Shown here: positions 10,977 through 22,019 of the stretch, piece by piece
Layout: every line of letters starts with the position of its first letter
Numbering within the stretch: position 1 is the stretch's first letter
Source of the DNA: an uncultured Bacteroidales bacterium
GTDB lineage: Bacteria; Bacteroidota; Bacteroidia; Bacteroidales; WCHB1-69
Reading direction: 5' to 3'
Length of the DNA: 64,000 nt
Assembly: GCA_905235135.1 (NCBI GenBank)
Contig: CAJOKR010000039.1
Span: 3,972 to 67,971 of the forward strand
Notes under the pieces: generated by a model
The model's database searches: none
Seen by the model: only the letters and a program-made list of their open reading frames with translations
What the model was told of the DNA's origin: nothing
Program-made: the position numbers and the translations under genes

Positions 10977-11282
10977 CTAACTACTAACTGCTAACTCAAT
11001 ATAGAAGCTCACCGGCCTGAAGCCGTCGTTGCAGCTGATCATGGCGGAGTGCGGGTTTTTCATCCAGCCGTCGTAGAAGTTGCCGCGGCCGGCGGCCAGT
11101 TCCTGCACGAACCACCGCATCGACTCCCACGCGCTGTCGCACATTCCCTCGGGCTGCGCGCCATCGACCGAAATCCATGTCTGCCCCTCCTGCACGTCGC
11201 ACGCGTGCTCGATGGGGTTCTCGAACCGCGCCTGCAAATCGCGGTAATCCGCCTTCCGTATGGCTGTAATCTTGATATTCAT
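10977..11282 (-). CDS. TIGR04076 family protein
   Basis: HACDVQEGQ..PEGMCDSAW..MISCNDGFRPVSFYIE. Confidence 0.85.
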   Translation of the reverse strand: MNIKITAIRKADYRDLQARFENPIEHACDVQEGQTWISVDGAQPEGMCDSAWESMRWFVQELAAGRGNFYDGWMKNPHSAMISCNDGFRPVSFYIELAVSS

Positions 11283-11456
11283 AAGCGGTTATTAAGGTTG
11301 CAAAGATATAAAATAATCCCGCAGAACTCGCTGATCACAGCAGATAATTTTAAGGTGAAAAAATTGCCCCTTAAAAAGCATACTAAACAATCAACTCTTT
11401 CGTTTCTCAAAAAAAGTATCTTTGCACCCGATATTCATCATTCTACATCCTACATC

Positions 11457-12311
11457 ATGAAAAAGGGCAAACGAACCTGTGAAATCCTGAAAGATGTGCG
11501 GCAGAAGATCGCGCAAGTGAACGACATCCCGTTGGTGGAGCGTGAATGCACGCACGAGGGGGACTGCCGTGGTACGTGTCCCTACTGCGAGGCCGAAGTG
11601 CGCTACTTGGAGCGGGAACTCTCTAAACGCGGTGCTCTTGGCAAGGCCGTCGCAGTGGCGGGCATCGCCGTCTCCTCTATGATGATGGGGGCGTGCCACA
11701 GTCCGAAGGTGCCCACGCCGGCCGCCAGCAACGAGCCAGAGCCTGCCGTGGAGGCTGTCTCCCAGCAAGTTCCGGAAGAGGCAGACGGACAGGAAGTTCC
11801 GCCGCCTCCTGGACAATCCAACCCGTATGAGGTGGACGGTATCGTGGAAGAGGTGGGGAAAATACCAGACATCCCGGAAAATTCGTCCACCCCAAACCGC
11901 TGCACACAAATACCTTTACAGCTAGCTGATCCAGATGATTGGGAGACTACCGAGGGGATAGTGGTAGGCGACGTCGAAGACGATGTTTATTACGAGGATT
12001 CTCCGTTAATGTTCGTGGAGGAGATGCCTGAATTCCCCGGAGGAATGGATTCCTTGCAAGCCTTTTTGGTAAGGGAGATTCAATATCCTCAGGTGGCGAA
12101 GGATAATGGCATCACAGGCACGGTCTTGATTGAGTTCGTGGTGGAGAAGGACGGGCGTGTGACCAACGCCAAGGTGAAAGTCCCTCTCTTCCCCGAATGC
12201 GATAAGGAGGCATGTCGTGCCGTTATGTCCATGCCGAAATGGAAGCCCGGAAAGAATTTGGGGAAACCTGTGCAGTGCTATTACCAGGTACCTATCACTT
12301 TTCGACCTTAA
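11457..12311 (+). CDS. TonB C-terminal-domain protein with N-terminal Cys-rich domain (copy 2)
   Basis: Near-identical N- and C-terminal domains to 8978-9814; tatctttg promoter at about 11417. Confidence 0.88.
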   Translation: MKKGKRTCEILKDVRQKIAQVNDIPLVERECTHEGDCRGTCPYCEAEVRYLERELSKRGALGKAVAVAGIAVSSMMMGACHSPKVPTPAASNEPEPAVEAVSQQVPEEADGQEVPPPPGQSNPYEVDGIVEEVGKIPDIPENSSTPNRCTQIPLQLADPDDWETTEGIVVGDVEDDVYYEDSPLMFVEEMPEFPGGMDSLQAFLVREIQYPQVAKDNGITGTVLIEFVVEKDGRVTNAKVKVPLFPECDKEACRAVMSMPKWKPGKNLGKPVQCYYQVPITFRP

Positions 12312-12378
12312 TCTCCGTGTATTTCTCGTATCTTCACGAAAATAACGACTACTTTTGCAACCGAAATATGAAATCATT

Positions 12379-13587
12379 ATGATGAACCTTCGAACATTGC
12401 GACTACTCATATCATTGGCACTCTGCTGTTTAGGTTTACAACTGAACGCGCAGACGGATTCAGTGTATGATGGAGCCGTGCACTATTTCTGGACGGGAGA
12501 CGGCAATCACGTGCGGTACGGACTGATGGACACCGCCGGGAACGTTATCTGCAGGCCGACCTTTAGTCAAATCGGAGCTCCATATTTTGATTTCAAGTCC
12601 GGGCCGGTTCCCGCAGCCAAGGGACGGAAGTGGGGCTATATCAATGCTAAAGGCGAATGGGTCGTCCGCCCGCAGTTTGAATACGCTGGCTATTTCCAAC
12701 ATGGACTTGCCAAGGTCGTCATCAAGGGCAAAACCGGCTACATCCAGCAGGACGGCACTATGGCCATTGAGCCTCGGTTTGAGGGAGGAGATCATTTCTT
12801 TGACACTATCACTTTAGTATTCGAGAATAACCAATCTCAATATATAAACACTCGCGGAGAAATCCTTTTTGGAGAAAAATTCTGCTATGCCTGGCCATTT
12901 CAGGACGGTGTTGCGGAAGGAAGCACATGTGAATTTAACGAAGGGGAGGAAGAATTATGGGGTGCCATTGATGCGAATGGCGAATACATTTTCACACCAC
13001 AATTTGAAGAACCCCCACAATTTCTTAACAAAACTACCGCTCTTGCCATGAAAGATAGACTTTGGGGTGTCATCAGCGTTGACGGACATTGGATTGTGTC
13101 GCCAAAATATGATTATGCCTGCCGTGCATGGGTTGGGGACCTCGCATGGATAAGGACGAAGAGTGACGAAAAATGGAGCCTGGTCGGCAGCAATGGAAAA
13201 GTCATCACAGAGCAGAAATTCGACGAAATGGATGCATTCTCCGAAGGGCTTGCCGCCGTGAAGATGGGCGATCGTTACGGCTTCATCGACACAACGGGAA
13301 CTGTGGTGTTTACACTGGAGCCGGAATACTATCCCATGCATTTCTCCGACGGGCTGGCACTAGTTGTCCAAACCGGTGACAGTACAGACAGATGGGGTTA
13401 TATCAACAAAAAGGGTGAGTGGGTCATTCCGCCGCAATACGTTGACGCGGACCATTTTTACGGTGGACTCGCATACGTGTTTCTGAGCAACGACCCGAAG
13501 GACAGACGGTCAGGCTACATCAACCACCGCGGCCAAGTCGTTTGGCAGTTCAAGGACAAGTACCCGATAGAGATTTGGAGGTTTTAA
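12379..13587 (+). CDS. WG-repeat secreted protein
   Basis: Repeated KWGYINxKGEWVxxPQ / FSEGLAxV units; signal peptide (exact start uncertain). Confidence 0.88.
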   Translation: MMNLRTLRLLISLALCCLGLQLNAQTDSVYDGAVHYFWTGDGNHVRYGLMDTAGNVICRPTFSQIGAPYFDFKSGPVPAAKGRKWGYINAKGEWVVRPQFEYAGYFQHGLAKVVIKGKTGYIQQDGTMAIEPRFEGGDHFFDTITLVFENNQSQYINTRGEILFGEKFCYAWPFQDGVAEGSTCEFNEGEEELWGAIDANGEYIFTPQFEEPPQFLNKTTALAMKDRLWGVISVDGHWIVSPKYDYACRAWVGDLAWIRTKSDEKWSLVGSNGKVITEQKFDEMDAFSEGLAAVKMGDRYGFIDTTGTVVFTLEPEYYPMHFSDGLALVVQTGDSTDRWGYINKKGEWVIPPQYVDADHFYGGLAYVFLSNDPKDRRSGYINHRGQVVWQFKDKYPIEIWRF

Positions 13588-13627
13588 CGGCGGCTTCCCA
13601 TCTCTCCGATTGTGACCCTTAACTTAG

Positions 13628-13729
13628 ATTCAGGATTCAAGTTTCAGGATTCAAGTTTCAAGTTTCAAGTTTCAAGTTTCAAGTTTCAAAGTAGTGGTCA
13701 CCTGAAACTTGAAACCTGAAACCTGAAAC
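13628..13729. repeat. Heptamer microsatellite (TTTCAAG)n followed by its inverted form (CYTGAAA)n, a probable hairpin between convergent genes
   Basis: Directly visible repeat arms. Confidence 0.8.
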
Positions 13730-13788
13730 AAAAAATGGGAGCAGGTCCAAATCCCCACTCCCATTCTATATTCTTCATTCTACATTCA

Positions 13789-15927
13789 TCATTCTTCATT
13801 CATAATGATGTCCAGCATCGCGTTCGCGGAGTCGGCAATACGTGTGCCGGGACCGAAGATGGCGGCGACACCGCAGTCGTACAGGAACTGGTAGTCCTGC
13901 GGGGGAATCACACCGCCCACGGTGATGATGATGTCCTCGCGACCGAGCTTCTTGAGCTCTTCGATCACCTGCGGGACCAACGTCTTGTGACCAGCGGCCA
14001 GTGAGGAGACGCCCAAGAAGTGCACGTCGTTCTCCACAGCCTGCTTGGCGGCCTCTTCGGGAGTCTGGAACAAGGGACCCATATCGACGTCGAAACCGAT
14101 GTCGGCATAGCCGGTGGCGACCACCTTGGCGCCGCGGCGTCCTGACCCATCTTGGCAATCATGATACGCGGACGACGGCCCTCCTTCTTGGCAAATTCGT
14201 TGCAACGCTCGCAAGCCCGTTTGAAGGCGGCGTTGTCTTGTTGTTCTTTACTGTACACGCCTGAAATTAAGTTGATTTTTGCTTTATAACGTCCATAGAC
14301 TTTCTCCAACGCCATGGAAATCTCACCCAAGGAAGCACGCACTCTCGCGGCCTTGATGGAGAGGTCGAGCAGGTTGCCGTTACCGGTCTTGGCGCACTCG
14401 GTGAGGGCTTCCAAAGCGGCTTGCACATCCTCTTCGTTGCGGTTGGCTCTCAGCTCGGCCAGACGCTTGATCTGCGCCTCGCGGACCGTCGTGTTATCGA
14501 CCTCCAAGGTCTCGATCGGGGACTCCTTGTCGAGTTTGTACTTGCTGACGCCGATGATGGACTCCTTGCCGGAATCGATACGGGCCTGCTTGCGGGCGGA
14601 AGCCTCCTCTATACGCATCTTCGGGATGCCGGTCTCGATGGCCTTGGCCATGCCGCCGAGCGATTCCACTTCCTGGATGTGCTCCCAGGCGCGGTGCGCG
14701 ATCTGGTGCGTGAGGCTTTCGATATAGTAGGAGCCGGCCCACGGATCGATGGAACGGCACACTTGTGTCTCTTCCTGAATGTAAATCTGCGTGTTACGGG
14801 CGATACGGGCCGAGAAGTCGGTCGGCAGCGCGATGGCCTCGTCCAACGCGTTGGTGTGCAGCGACTGGGTGTGGCCGAGGGCGGCGCCCATTGCCTCGAC
14901 GCAGGTGCGGCAGACGTTGTTGAACGGATCCTGCTCGGTGAGCGACCAACCGGAAGTCTGGCAGTGCGTGCGCAACGCCATGGACTTCGGGTTCTGCGGG
15001 TTGAACTGCTTCACGATCTTGGCCCACAGCATACGGGCGGCACGCATCTTCGCGATTTCCATGAAGTGGTTCATACCCACGGCCCAGAAGAACGACAGAC
15101 GCGGCGCGAACTCATCGACGCTCATGCCCGCGTTGACACCGGCGCGGAGGTACTCCAGACCGTCGGCCAGCGTGTAGGCCAGCTCGATGTCGTCGGTGGC
15201 ACCAGCCTCCTGCATGTGGTAGCCGGAGATGGAGATGGAGTTGAACTTCGGCATGTTCTTGGCCGTGAACTCGAAGATGTCGGCGATGATCTTCATGGAG
15301 TGGGCAGGCGGGTAAATGTAGGTGTTACGCACCATAAACTCCTTGAGGATGTCGTTCTGGATGGTACCCGACAACTGGTCGAGCGTCGCGCCCTGCTCCT
15401 CGGCGGCGATAGAACGCCAAGATCGGCAGCACGGCACCGTTCATCGTCATGGAGACGGACATCTTGTCCAACGGGATCTGGTCGAAGAGGATCTTCATGT
15501 CGAGGATGGAGTCGATGGCCACACCGGCCTTGCCCACGTCGCCCACCACACGCGGGTGGTCGGAGTCGTAGCCGCGGTGCGTGGCGAGGTCGAAGGCCAC
15601 AGACAGCCCCTTCTGACCGGCGGCGAGGTTGCGACGGTAGAAGGCGTTGGATTCTTCGGCGGTGGAGAATCCGGCGTACTGGCGGATGGTCCACGGGCGG
15701 AAGACGTACATCATCGAGTAGGGTCCGCGCAGATACGGCGGGATGCCCGACGCGTAGTTGAGGTGCTCCATGCCGAGCAGATCGTCGGCGCCATAGACCT
15801 GCTTCACCGGAATCTGTTCGGAGGTCATCCAATTGGAAATGATGTTGTTATCCTTCTCCCACTGACGGAAATCCGTAGGATGCTGGGGGAGCTTCTTGAA
15901 GTCGATATTGCTGAAATCAGGACGCAT
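13789..15927 (-). CDS. scpA: Methylmalonyl-CoA mutase, with two frameshifting short deletions (about 15410 and 14140)
   Basis: [68 protein letters not shown] spread over three ORFs. Confidence 0.93.
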
Positions 15928-16131
15928 ATTAACTCTTTTTCTTTTTTATATTAATGAGGCTGCAAAAGTACAAAAAATTTCGGGACTTCGGGAAAGGGAA
16001 AAAATTGTTTGGATTTTGTAGCGACCACATCAAAACACTGGCCATTATCTTTTGCGTTGTGAAAATTTCATGCAAGATCACATACTTATTCGAGAATATT
16101 GTGTATTTTTGCAACTTCATTTTTGACAAAT

Positions 16132-17076
16132 ATGCAAAAGCCCCTATACTCCATCATCGTTTCGGTTTACAACGAGGAATCGGTATTGCCACTTTTCCAT
16201 CGGGAGATATCCGCTGTTATTGACACCCTGGCCGACACCGCCGACTTCGAATTGCTGTTCGTCAACGACGGAAGTCGGGACAACAGCCATCAGATACTGA
16301 AACAGCTGATGAAGAAAGACAAACGGGTGAGGGTCATCCATCTCTCCCGTAATTTCGGCCATGAGGCGGCCATGATTGCCGGACTTGACCATTGCCGTGG
16401 GGAAGCCGCCGTATGCATGGACAGCGACTTGCAGCATCCGCCCGCACTGCTGCCGCAGATGTTCTCGCTCTACCGGCAAGGCAAGGATGTGGTGACCATG
16501 ATCCGGACCGACCGTGCCGACGGGAGCGCTGGCAAGCACTTGAGTTCCAGATTGTTCTACCGTATCATCAACAAGATGTCCGATGCCAGGCTTCAGCTCG
16601 GCGCCTCTGACTTCTTCCTGCTGTCACAAAAGATCATCGACGTGCTGCGGACTGACTACCGCGAGCGAACTCGCTTCCTGCGCGGCATCGTCCAGAACAT
16701 CGGCTTCGAAAAAGATTCCATCTGCTACGAAGCTCCCTCACGCGCCGCCGGCCAAAGCAAATACTCTTACAGAAAACTGCTGAAATTCTCCTTCTCCGCC
16801 ATCGCTTCTTTCTCCAAAGCCCCTCTGAAAATCGGCATCTACTCCGGACTTGTCTTTGTCTTGTTGAGCATTTTCCTCATCATCTACTCCATTGTGATGT
16901 GGATTATTGACACCCCCGTTTCCGGCTACACCACCATCGTGATTTTCCTGAGCGCTTTTGCCGGCATCCAGCTCTTTGTCACCGGTGCCATCGGCTATTA
17001 CATCGGCTTTATTTTCGACGAAGTGAAACAACGCCCGCATTATGTCATCCAAGAAATCGAGGAGTCCTATGAATAA
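16132..17076 (+). CDS. Glycosyltransferase family 2 (GtrB/YfdH-like)
   Basis: VNDGSRD, LSRNFGHEAA, MDSDLQHPP, two TM helices, EVKQRPHY. Confidence 0.9.
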   Translation: MQKPLYSIIVSVYNEESVLPLFHREISAVIDTLADTADFELLFVNDGSRDNSHQILKQLMKKDKRVRVIHLSRNFGHEAAMIAGLDHCRGEAAVCMDSDLQHPPALLPQMFSLYRQGKDVVTMIRTDRADGSAGKHLSSRLFYRIINKMSDARLQLGASDFFLLSQKIIDVLRTDYRERTRFLRGIVQNIGFEKDSICYEAPSRAAGQSKYSYRKLLKFSFSAIASFSKAPLKIGIYSGLVFVLLSIFLIIYSIVMWIIDTPVSGYTTIVIFLSAFAGIQLFVTGAIGYYIGFIFDEVKQRPHYVIQEIEESYE

Positions 17077-18922
17077 ACAAGAAAAATTCATTTGGATTTT
17101 GGCATATTCGGTCACTGCCATCATCACTCTATTACCGTTTTTCCAAGTCGGTTTCACCAACTGTGATGATTTCCAATACTATAACGCGGCCCACTGCGGT
17201 TGGCGCTATTGGTTGACAGACGCCAACATCTATGCACAATGCGCCGGTAGATTTTATTTTCTCCTCACCAAGTATTTCTATTATATTCCATATCTCCTTG
17301 ACAGTTTTGCATGGACAAAGGCCGTTCAATATCTTCCCTTGATAGGTTGTTATCTGTTTTTCTCATACATCATATATCGCATTTTCAAATCTCAGAGAAT
17401 TGGGGCGCTCACTTTCTTATTGCTTATTTTCAGCATGTCTGTCGGCCACGAAAGCTTTTCCCTCCCCACCGCGTTCCCGTTCTATTTTCCTTTCAGTTTT
17501 CTGATTTTCTTGAGCGGCATACTCCTTTTTATTAATTACACCGAAAATAACGGCTACTGGCGAATTCTTGTCAGCGCACTCCTCCTGTTCATTTCTTACC
17601 TGTTTTATGAAAACTATCTTGTTTTCACACTCCTTTTCTGCTGCTATATCCTCATTCGGAACTGGCGACAGTCAGGCTTCATCCAAACCCTGAAAAGCAG
17701 GTCGTTCTACAGGGAAATCGTGCCCTATATTGCCGTGATAGCACTGTATATGGTTTGTTATCTGGGTTATCGCCTTTACTTGACCCTGACAATAGACGAC
17801 ATCCATTTATATGACGGGGCCACCATCGCCCACCATTTCAGTCTGGCCAACTTCTTCACGATTCTGAGCAACTGCACCTTTTACACACTGCCCTGCAGAA
17901 CATATTGGTTCGACGATGTAAGGGAGCTTCTGGCAGAAAACTCCCCATTGGTTTCCGGTCATTACAACAATATTTTTTATATCCTCACCCATGCTCCCGC
18001 GCTTGCTTACATCAACGCATTGTTGCAATGCTGCCTTCTTTGGTTTATCCTCTACAAAGCCGATTTTAAAACACTATCTTGGAAAAAAATCGTCGTAGGT
18101 GTTGTTTCTGCCTTGCTTTTTGCTTTTTCCGCTCACATCCTGATCGCCATAGCCGAAAAATACAATTCGGAATATGCCACCTCAATGCGGACATACGTCA
18201 CCTCTTTTTATTCCTATTTCGGAATAATGCTGGTTCTTGCCATCCTCATCACCGCATCCATCAAAACATGTTCCCAAAAGCCTATCCGACGGGTCATTTG
18301 CGCAATTTGGTGTGTGCTTTTCTTCACCGGTGCCGTTTTATCCTACTATATTAATGACCTTTTAGGCAAAGAATGGAAGAGAACACAAAACCGTATTGCG
18401 GTCACAGAACTTGTCGCACAAGATCATTTTTTCGACAAAATACCTGAAAACGCCCTTATCTATTCAACAGACGCCCCTATCAGCCAATACGAATATAAAA
18501 CCCAGATCCGGACAAACGCCCATCGTTATTACCATTTTGCGTTTAATCAGGAAGAGCTTCTGCAACAACACTCTGAACTCCCCGACAACACGCTTTACTT
18601 CATCCAAACCAAGGATAGCAAAAAACAAGGTGATTTACTGATGGCCTTTTCGCATATCACACATCTGGACACCTGCACTATTCCCAGTGCCATAGCTGAC
18701 GAGGCTGACATATATTATTACTCTCCCTCAAAAGATTTTGTTTTGTTTTACAATGTACATAAAGATTCGGATTCAACCCAAACAAAAGCCGTCACAGTGC
18801 TTTCTATGGACAAGCACCATAAGATCTCCCATGTCAACATTCAGGAACCTGGTTTGGACCCTTTGGGATTCAGTATCAGCAATATGATGACTCCAACGAA
18901 CGACACGATTTGGTTGCCTTGA
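17069..18922 (+). CDS. Polytopic membrane protein (possible GT-C-type transferase), coupled to the upstream GT2
   Basis: Many TM helices, early DD motif and GRF, ATGAATAA start/stop overlap, AT-rich. Confidence 0.65.
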   Translation: MNKQEKFIWILAYSVTAIITLLPFFQVGFTNCDDFQYYNAAHCGWRYWLTDANIYAQCAGRFYFLLTKYFYYIPYLLDSFAWTKAVQYLPLIGCYLFFSYIIYRIFKSQRIGALTFLLLIFSMSVGHESFSLPTAFPFYFPFSFLIFLSGILLFINYTENNGYWRILVSALLLFISYLFYENYLVFTLLFCCYILIRNWRQSGFIQTLKSRSFYREIVPYIAVIALYMVCYLGYRLYLTLTIDDIHLYDGATIAHHFSLANFFTILSNCTFYTLPCRTYWFDDVRELLAENSPLVSGHYNNIFYILTHAPALAYINALLQCCLLWFILYKADFKTLSWKKIVVGVVSALLFAFSAHILIAIAEKYNSEYATSMRTYVTSFYSYFGIMLVLAILITASIKTCSQKPIRRVICAIWCVLFFTGAVLSYYINDLLGKEWKRTQNRIAVTELVAQDHFFDKIPENALIYSTDAPISQYEYKTQIRTNAHRYYHFAFNQEELLQQHSELPDNTLYFIQTKDSKKQGDLLMAFSHITHLDTCTIPSAIADEADIYYYSPSKDFVLFYNVHKDSDSTQTKAVTVLSMDKHHKISHVNIQEPGLDPLGFSISNMMTPTNDTIWLP

Positions 18923-19016
18923 GATTAAAACAGCAAATGGATTGCGAACTCCGCACCAGGAATAAATATAAAAAAATTGTACTTTTGCCATTTCAAATCC
19001 GATAATATCAAAGCCT

Positions 19017-20186
19017 ATGATTAACGTGATTACCCTGATTGGTTACTTCCTCTTCCCCATCCTTATCATCTTGATTTTCAACAAGTACAGATGGGCAAGA
19101 AGCATCGGAACCGTCATCATGGCGTATGCGGTGGGTATCATCGCGGCGCTGATCGGATTCCTGCCCACGGGCACGGAACCCGGCGCGGAGGCCCTCGAAT
19201 CGATGCAGAAAACGCTGATGAGCGTCACAGTACCCTTGGCCATCCCGCTGATGCTCTTCAACTCAGACTTCAAGCTCTGGACAAAGTCGCTGCCGAAAAC
19301 CATGGCCGTGCTTCTCGGCGGTCTGGTATCCATCATCATCGCCGTCGTTTCGGGCTATTTCCTGTTCCGCAACGCCGGCATCCCGCAATTCGACCGCGTG
19401 GCGGCCATGATGACCGGCATATACACCGGCGGTACCATGAACTTCTCCGCCCTCGGGCACATGCTGCAGGTCGATCCCTCACTCATCACCATGACGCTGA
19501 CCTTCGAGGAAATCGCCACCCTCCCGTTCATCGTCTTCATCGTGGCCGGCGGCTACAAAGTGTTCCGCAAGCTACTGCCCAGCAAGGAAGAGACCGACAG
19601 TGCGGAAGTGGAGGAGCTGATTGAGACGGAAAGCTTCGAAAACTACAAAGGGATGCTGCAGCCCAAGACGTTCGGGCGCATGATGCTCGGATTCCTGCTC
19701 TCCCTCGGCATGTTGGCCATCGGCGCGGGTCTCTCCCTACTCATCACCCACAAGATCAACGAACTCATTGTCATCCTGACGATTACCACCCTCGCCATCA
19801 TCGCCTCCTTCAGCCCGAAGGTGCGTACCCTGCCCAAAACATTCGAACTGGGCATGTTCTTCATCCTGATTTTCAGCATCGTGGTGGCCTCCAAGTTCGA
19901 CATCCACCATATCAGTGGTTCCCTGCAAATCCTCTGGTTCATCGTCTTCGTGATGCTCACCTCCATCGTGCTGCACCTCATCATCTGCAAGATTTTCAAG
20001 GTGGAAGGCGACCTCTTCACCGTGGGCCACATCAGCCTGCTCTGCTCGCCGCCGTTCGTTCCGCCAGTGGTAGAGGCTATGGGCAACCGCAAGGTGCTCC
20101 TCAGCGGCATCGTCATCGGCCTGGCCGGCTACGCCGCCGGAAACTATTTGGGCGTGCTTATTGCGTGGTTCTTGGGGGTGTTTTAA
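19017..20186 (+). CDS. DUF819 family membrane protein
   Basis: YTGGTMNF, SPPFVP, GYAAGNYLG. Confidence 0.85.
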   Translation: MINVITLIGYFLFPILIILIFNKYRWARSIGTVIMAYAVGIIAALIGFLPTGTEPGAEALESMQKTLMSVTVPLAIPLMLFNSDFKLWTKSLPKTMAVLLGGLVSIIIAVVSGYFLFRNAGIPQFDRVAAMMTGIYTGGTMNFSALGHMLQVDPSLITMTLTFEEIATLPFIVFIVAGGYKVFRKLLPSKEETDSAEVEELIETESFENYKGMLQPKTFGRMMLGFLLSLGMLAIGAGLSLLITHKINELIVILTITTLAIIASFSPKVRTLPKTFELGMFFILIFSIVVASKFDIHHISGSLQILWFIVFVMLTSIVLHLIICKIFKVEGDLFTVGHISLLCSPPFVPPVVEAMGNRKVLLSGIVIGLAGYAAGNYLGVLIAWFLGVF

Positions 20187-20205
20187 TAATGAATTCCGAA
20201 TTATG

Positions 20206-20284
20206 AAAGAGGAGACGTGCTGGGACGCGTCTCCTCTTTTGTTTTTCGTTCCTTTGTAGAGACGTGCCATGGCACATCTCTACA
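20206..20284. terminator. Bidirectional terminator-like hairpin plus GTAG REP
   Basis: aaagaggagacg..cgtctcctcttt then tgtagagacgtgccatggcacatctctaca between convergent genes. Confidence 0.7.
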
Positions 20285-20296
20285 GATAGGGAATCC

Positions 20297-21763
20297 CTAC
20301 TTCCCTTTCCGAATAGGTTCGCACGTCAGCCCGATTCCCAACTTCTTGAAAATCTTGTGGTCAACCTCACTCAGCATGACGGTGGTGTGAGCCTGACAAC
20401 CATCTAATTGTGGCAGACAAGCCAAGGCTTTGCGGCAGTTCTCGTCGTTGAGGCTGAGCATGGAAAGCGCAACCAGCACCTCATCGGTGTGCAGACGCGG
20501 ATTATGACCGTGTAGCAGGTTGACCTTGGTGCGCTGGATAGGCTCAATCATGGCCTGCGGAATCAGTCTGAGCTCGTGGTCGATGCCCGCCAGATGCTTC
20601 GTGGCGTTGAGCAACAGCGCGGCACTCGGTCCCAACAACTCACTGGTCTTGGCGGTAATGATGGTGCCGTCGGCGAGTTCGATGGCAGACGAGGCGACCC
20701 CACTCTCCTCCTTGCGCTTGCGGGCCGCGATAATCGATTTGCGGTCCTCTACCGTGATGTCCGCCCGCTTGATCAACAACGATATCTTGTTGACCTCCTG
20801 CTCGGTGGATTTTCCATCGACCACATTGCACAATGCCGTGAAATAGCGGCGGATAATCTCGTCTTTGGAAGCTTCGCAGCACACCGCATCGTCGGAAATG
20901 CAGTATCCGGCCATGTTCACGCCCATGTCGGTGGGCGATTTATACGGATTTTCCCCGTAAATGCCCTCGAAGATGGCGTTCAGCACCGGGAAAATCTCCA
21001 CGTCGCGGTTGTAGTTGACGGCCATCTTGCCGTACGCTTCCAAGTGGAACGGGTCAATCATGTTGACGTCCTCCAAGTCGGCGGTTGCGGCCTCGTAGGC
21101 AATGTTGACGGGGTGTTTCAACGAGAGGTTCCAGATCGGGAAAGTCTCGAACTTGGCATAGCCGGCCTTCACACCACGCTCGTTCTCCTGGTAGAGCTGG
21201 CTCAGGCAGACGGCCATCTTGCCGCTGCCGGGTCCGGGCGCCGTCACGACCACCAACGGCCGTGTGGTCTCCACGTACTCGTTTTTGCCGAAGCCGTCCG
21301 GAGAATCGATAAGTCCCACATTGGTAGGATAGCCTTCAATGATATAATGGTAATAGACCTTGATGCCGAGGCGCTCCAACCGCTTGCGGTAGGCCATCGC
21401 GCTGGCCTGACCATTGTAGTGCGTAATCACCACCCCGCTGACCAAAAAGCCGCGGGCGATGAAGATGTCGCGCAGGCGCAGCACATCCTCGTCGTAGGTG
21501 ATGCCCAGATCACCGCGCACCTTGTTCTTCTCGATATCCACGGCGCTGATAACGATCACAATCTCGGCATCGTCCTGCAACTGCGTGAGCATCCGCAACT
21601 TGCTGTCGGGCTGAAACCCCGGCAACACACGACTGGCATGGAAATCGTCATACAGTTTCCCACCAAATTCCAAATAAAGTTTGTGTCCGAATTGCGCAAT
21701 GCGCTCCTTGATGTGCTCTGATTGGATTTTCAGATACTTCCCGTTATCAAAACCGATTTTCAT
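20297..21763 (-). CDS. DUF1846 (UPF0371) protein
   Basis: KLYLEFGGKL.DD.HASRVLPG, APGPGSGK, YAKFETFP. Confidence 0.92.
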   Translation of the reverse strand: MKIGFDNGKYLKIQSEHIKERIAQFGHKLYLEFGGKLYDDFHASRVLPGFQPDSKLRMLTQLQDDAEIVIVISAVDIEKNKVRGDLGITYDEDVLRLRDIFIARGFLVSGVVITHYNGQASAMAYRKRLERLGIKVYYHYIIEGYPTNVGLIDSPDGFGKNEYVETTRPLVVVTAPGPGSGKMAVCLSQLYQENERGVKAGYAKFETFPIWNLSLKHPVNIAYEAATADLEDVNMIDPFHLEAYGKMAVNYNRDVEIFPVLNAIFEGIYGENPYKSPTDMGVNMAGYCISDDAVCCEASKDEIIRRYFTALCNVVDGKSTEQEVNKISLLIKRADITVEDRKSIIAARKRKEESGVASSAIELADGTIITAKTSELLGPSAALLLNATKHLAGIDHELRLIPQAMIEPIQRTKVNLLHGHNPRLHTDEVLVALSMLSLNDENCRKALACLPQLDGCQAHTTVMLSEVDHKIFKKLGIGLTCEPIRKGK

Positions 21764-21897
21764 ATCATTATTGGCTTAAAATACGGGAGGCAAAAATAGG
21801 ATTTTTTTGGATATACGGGCGGGAGCGGTGAAAAAAAGACTTGAGACCGGAGACTTTAGACTTAAGACTTTTCAGACTTACTATAAAAAACTCTTCT

Positions 21898-21988
21898 TTG
21901 AGCAGCCTCGAAGAGGCAAGACGCACGTAGTGCAATTAACCCCACACAAGGCGAAGCCGCAGTGTGGGGTTAATTGCACTACGTGTGT
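21898..21988. repeat. REP-like dispersed repeat family 2 (long hairpin); other copies 28791-28862, 41917-41990, partial 23886-23922
   Basis: agcagcctcgaagaggcaa..acgcacg.agtgcaatt.accccacac..gtgtgggg shared between copies. Confidence 0.85.
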
Positions 21989-22019
21989 CGGCGGCGTGTC
22001 GGAGACACGCTACCACACA

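Noticed and set aside
15009-15020. 12-nt match (cttcacgatctt) to the mini-CRISPR spacer inside scpA
   Set aside because: Too short and does not extend; compatible with chance. No full protospacer was seen by eye.
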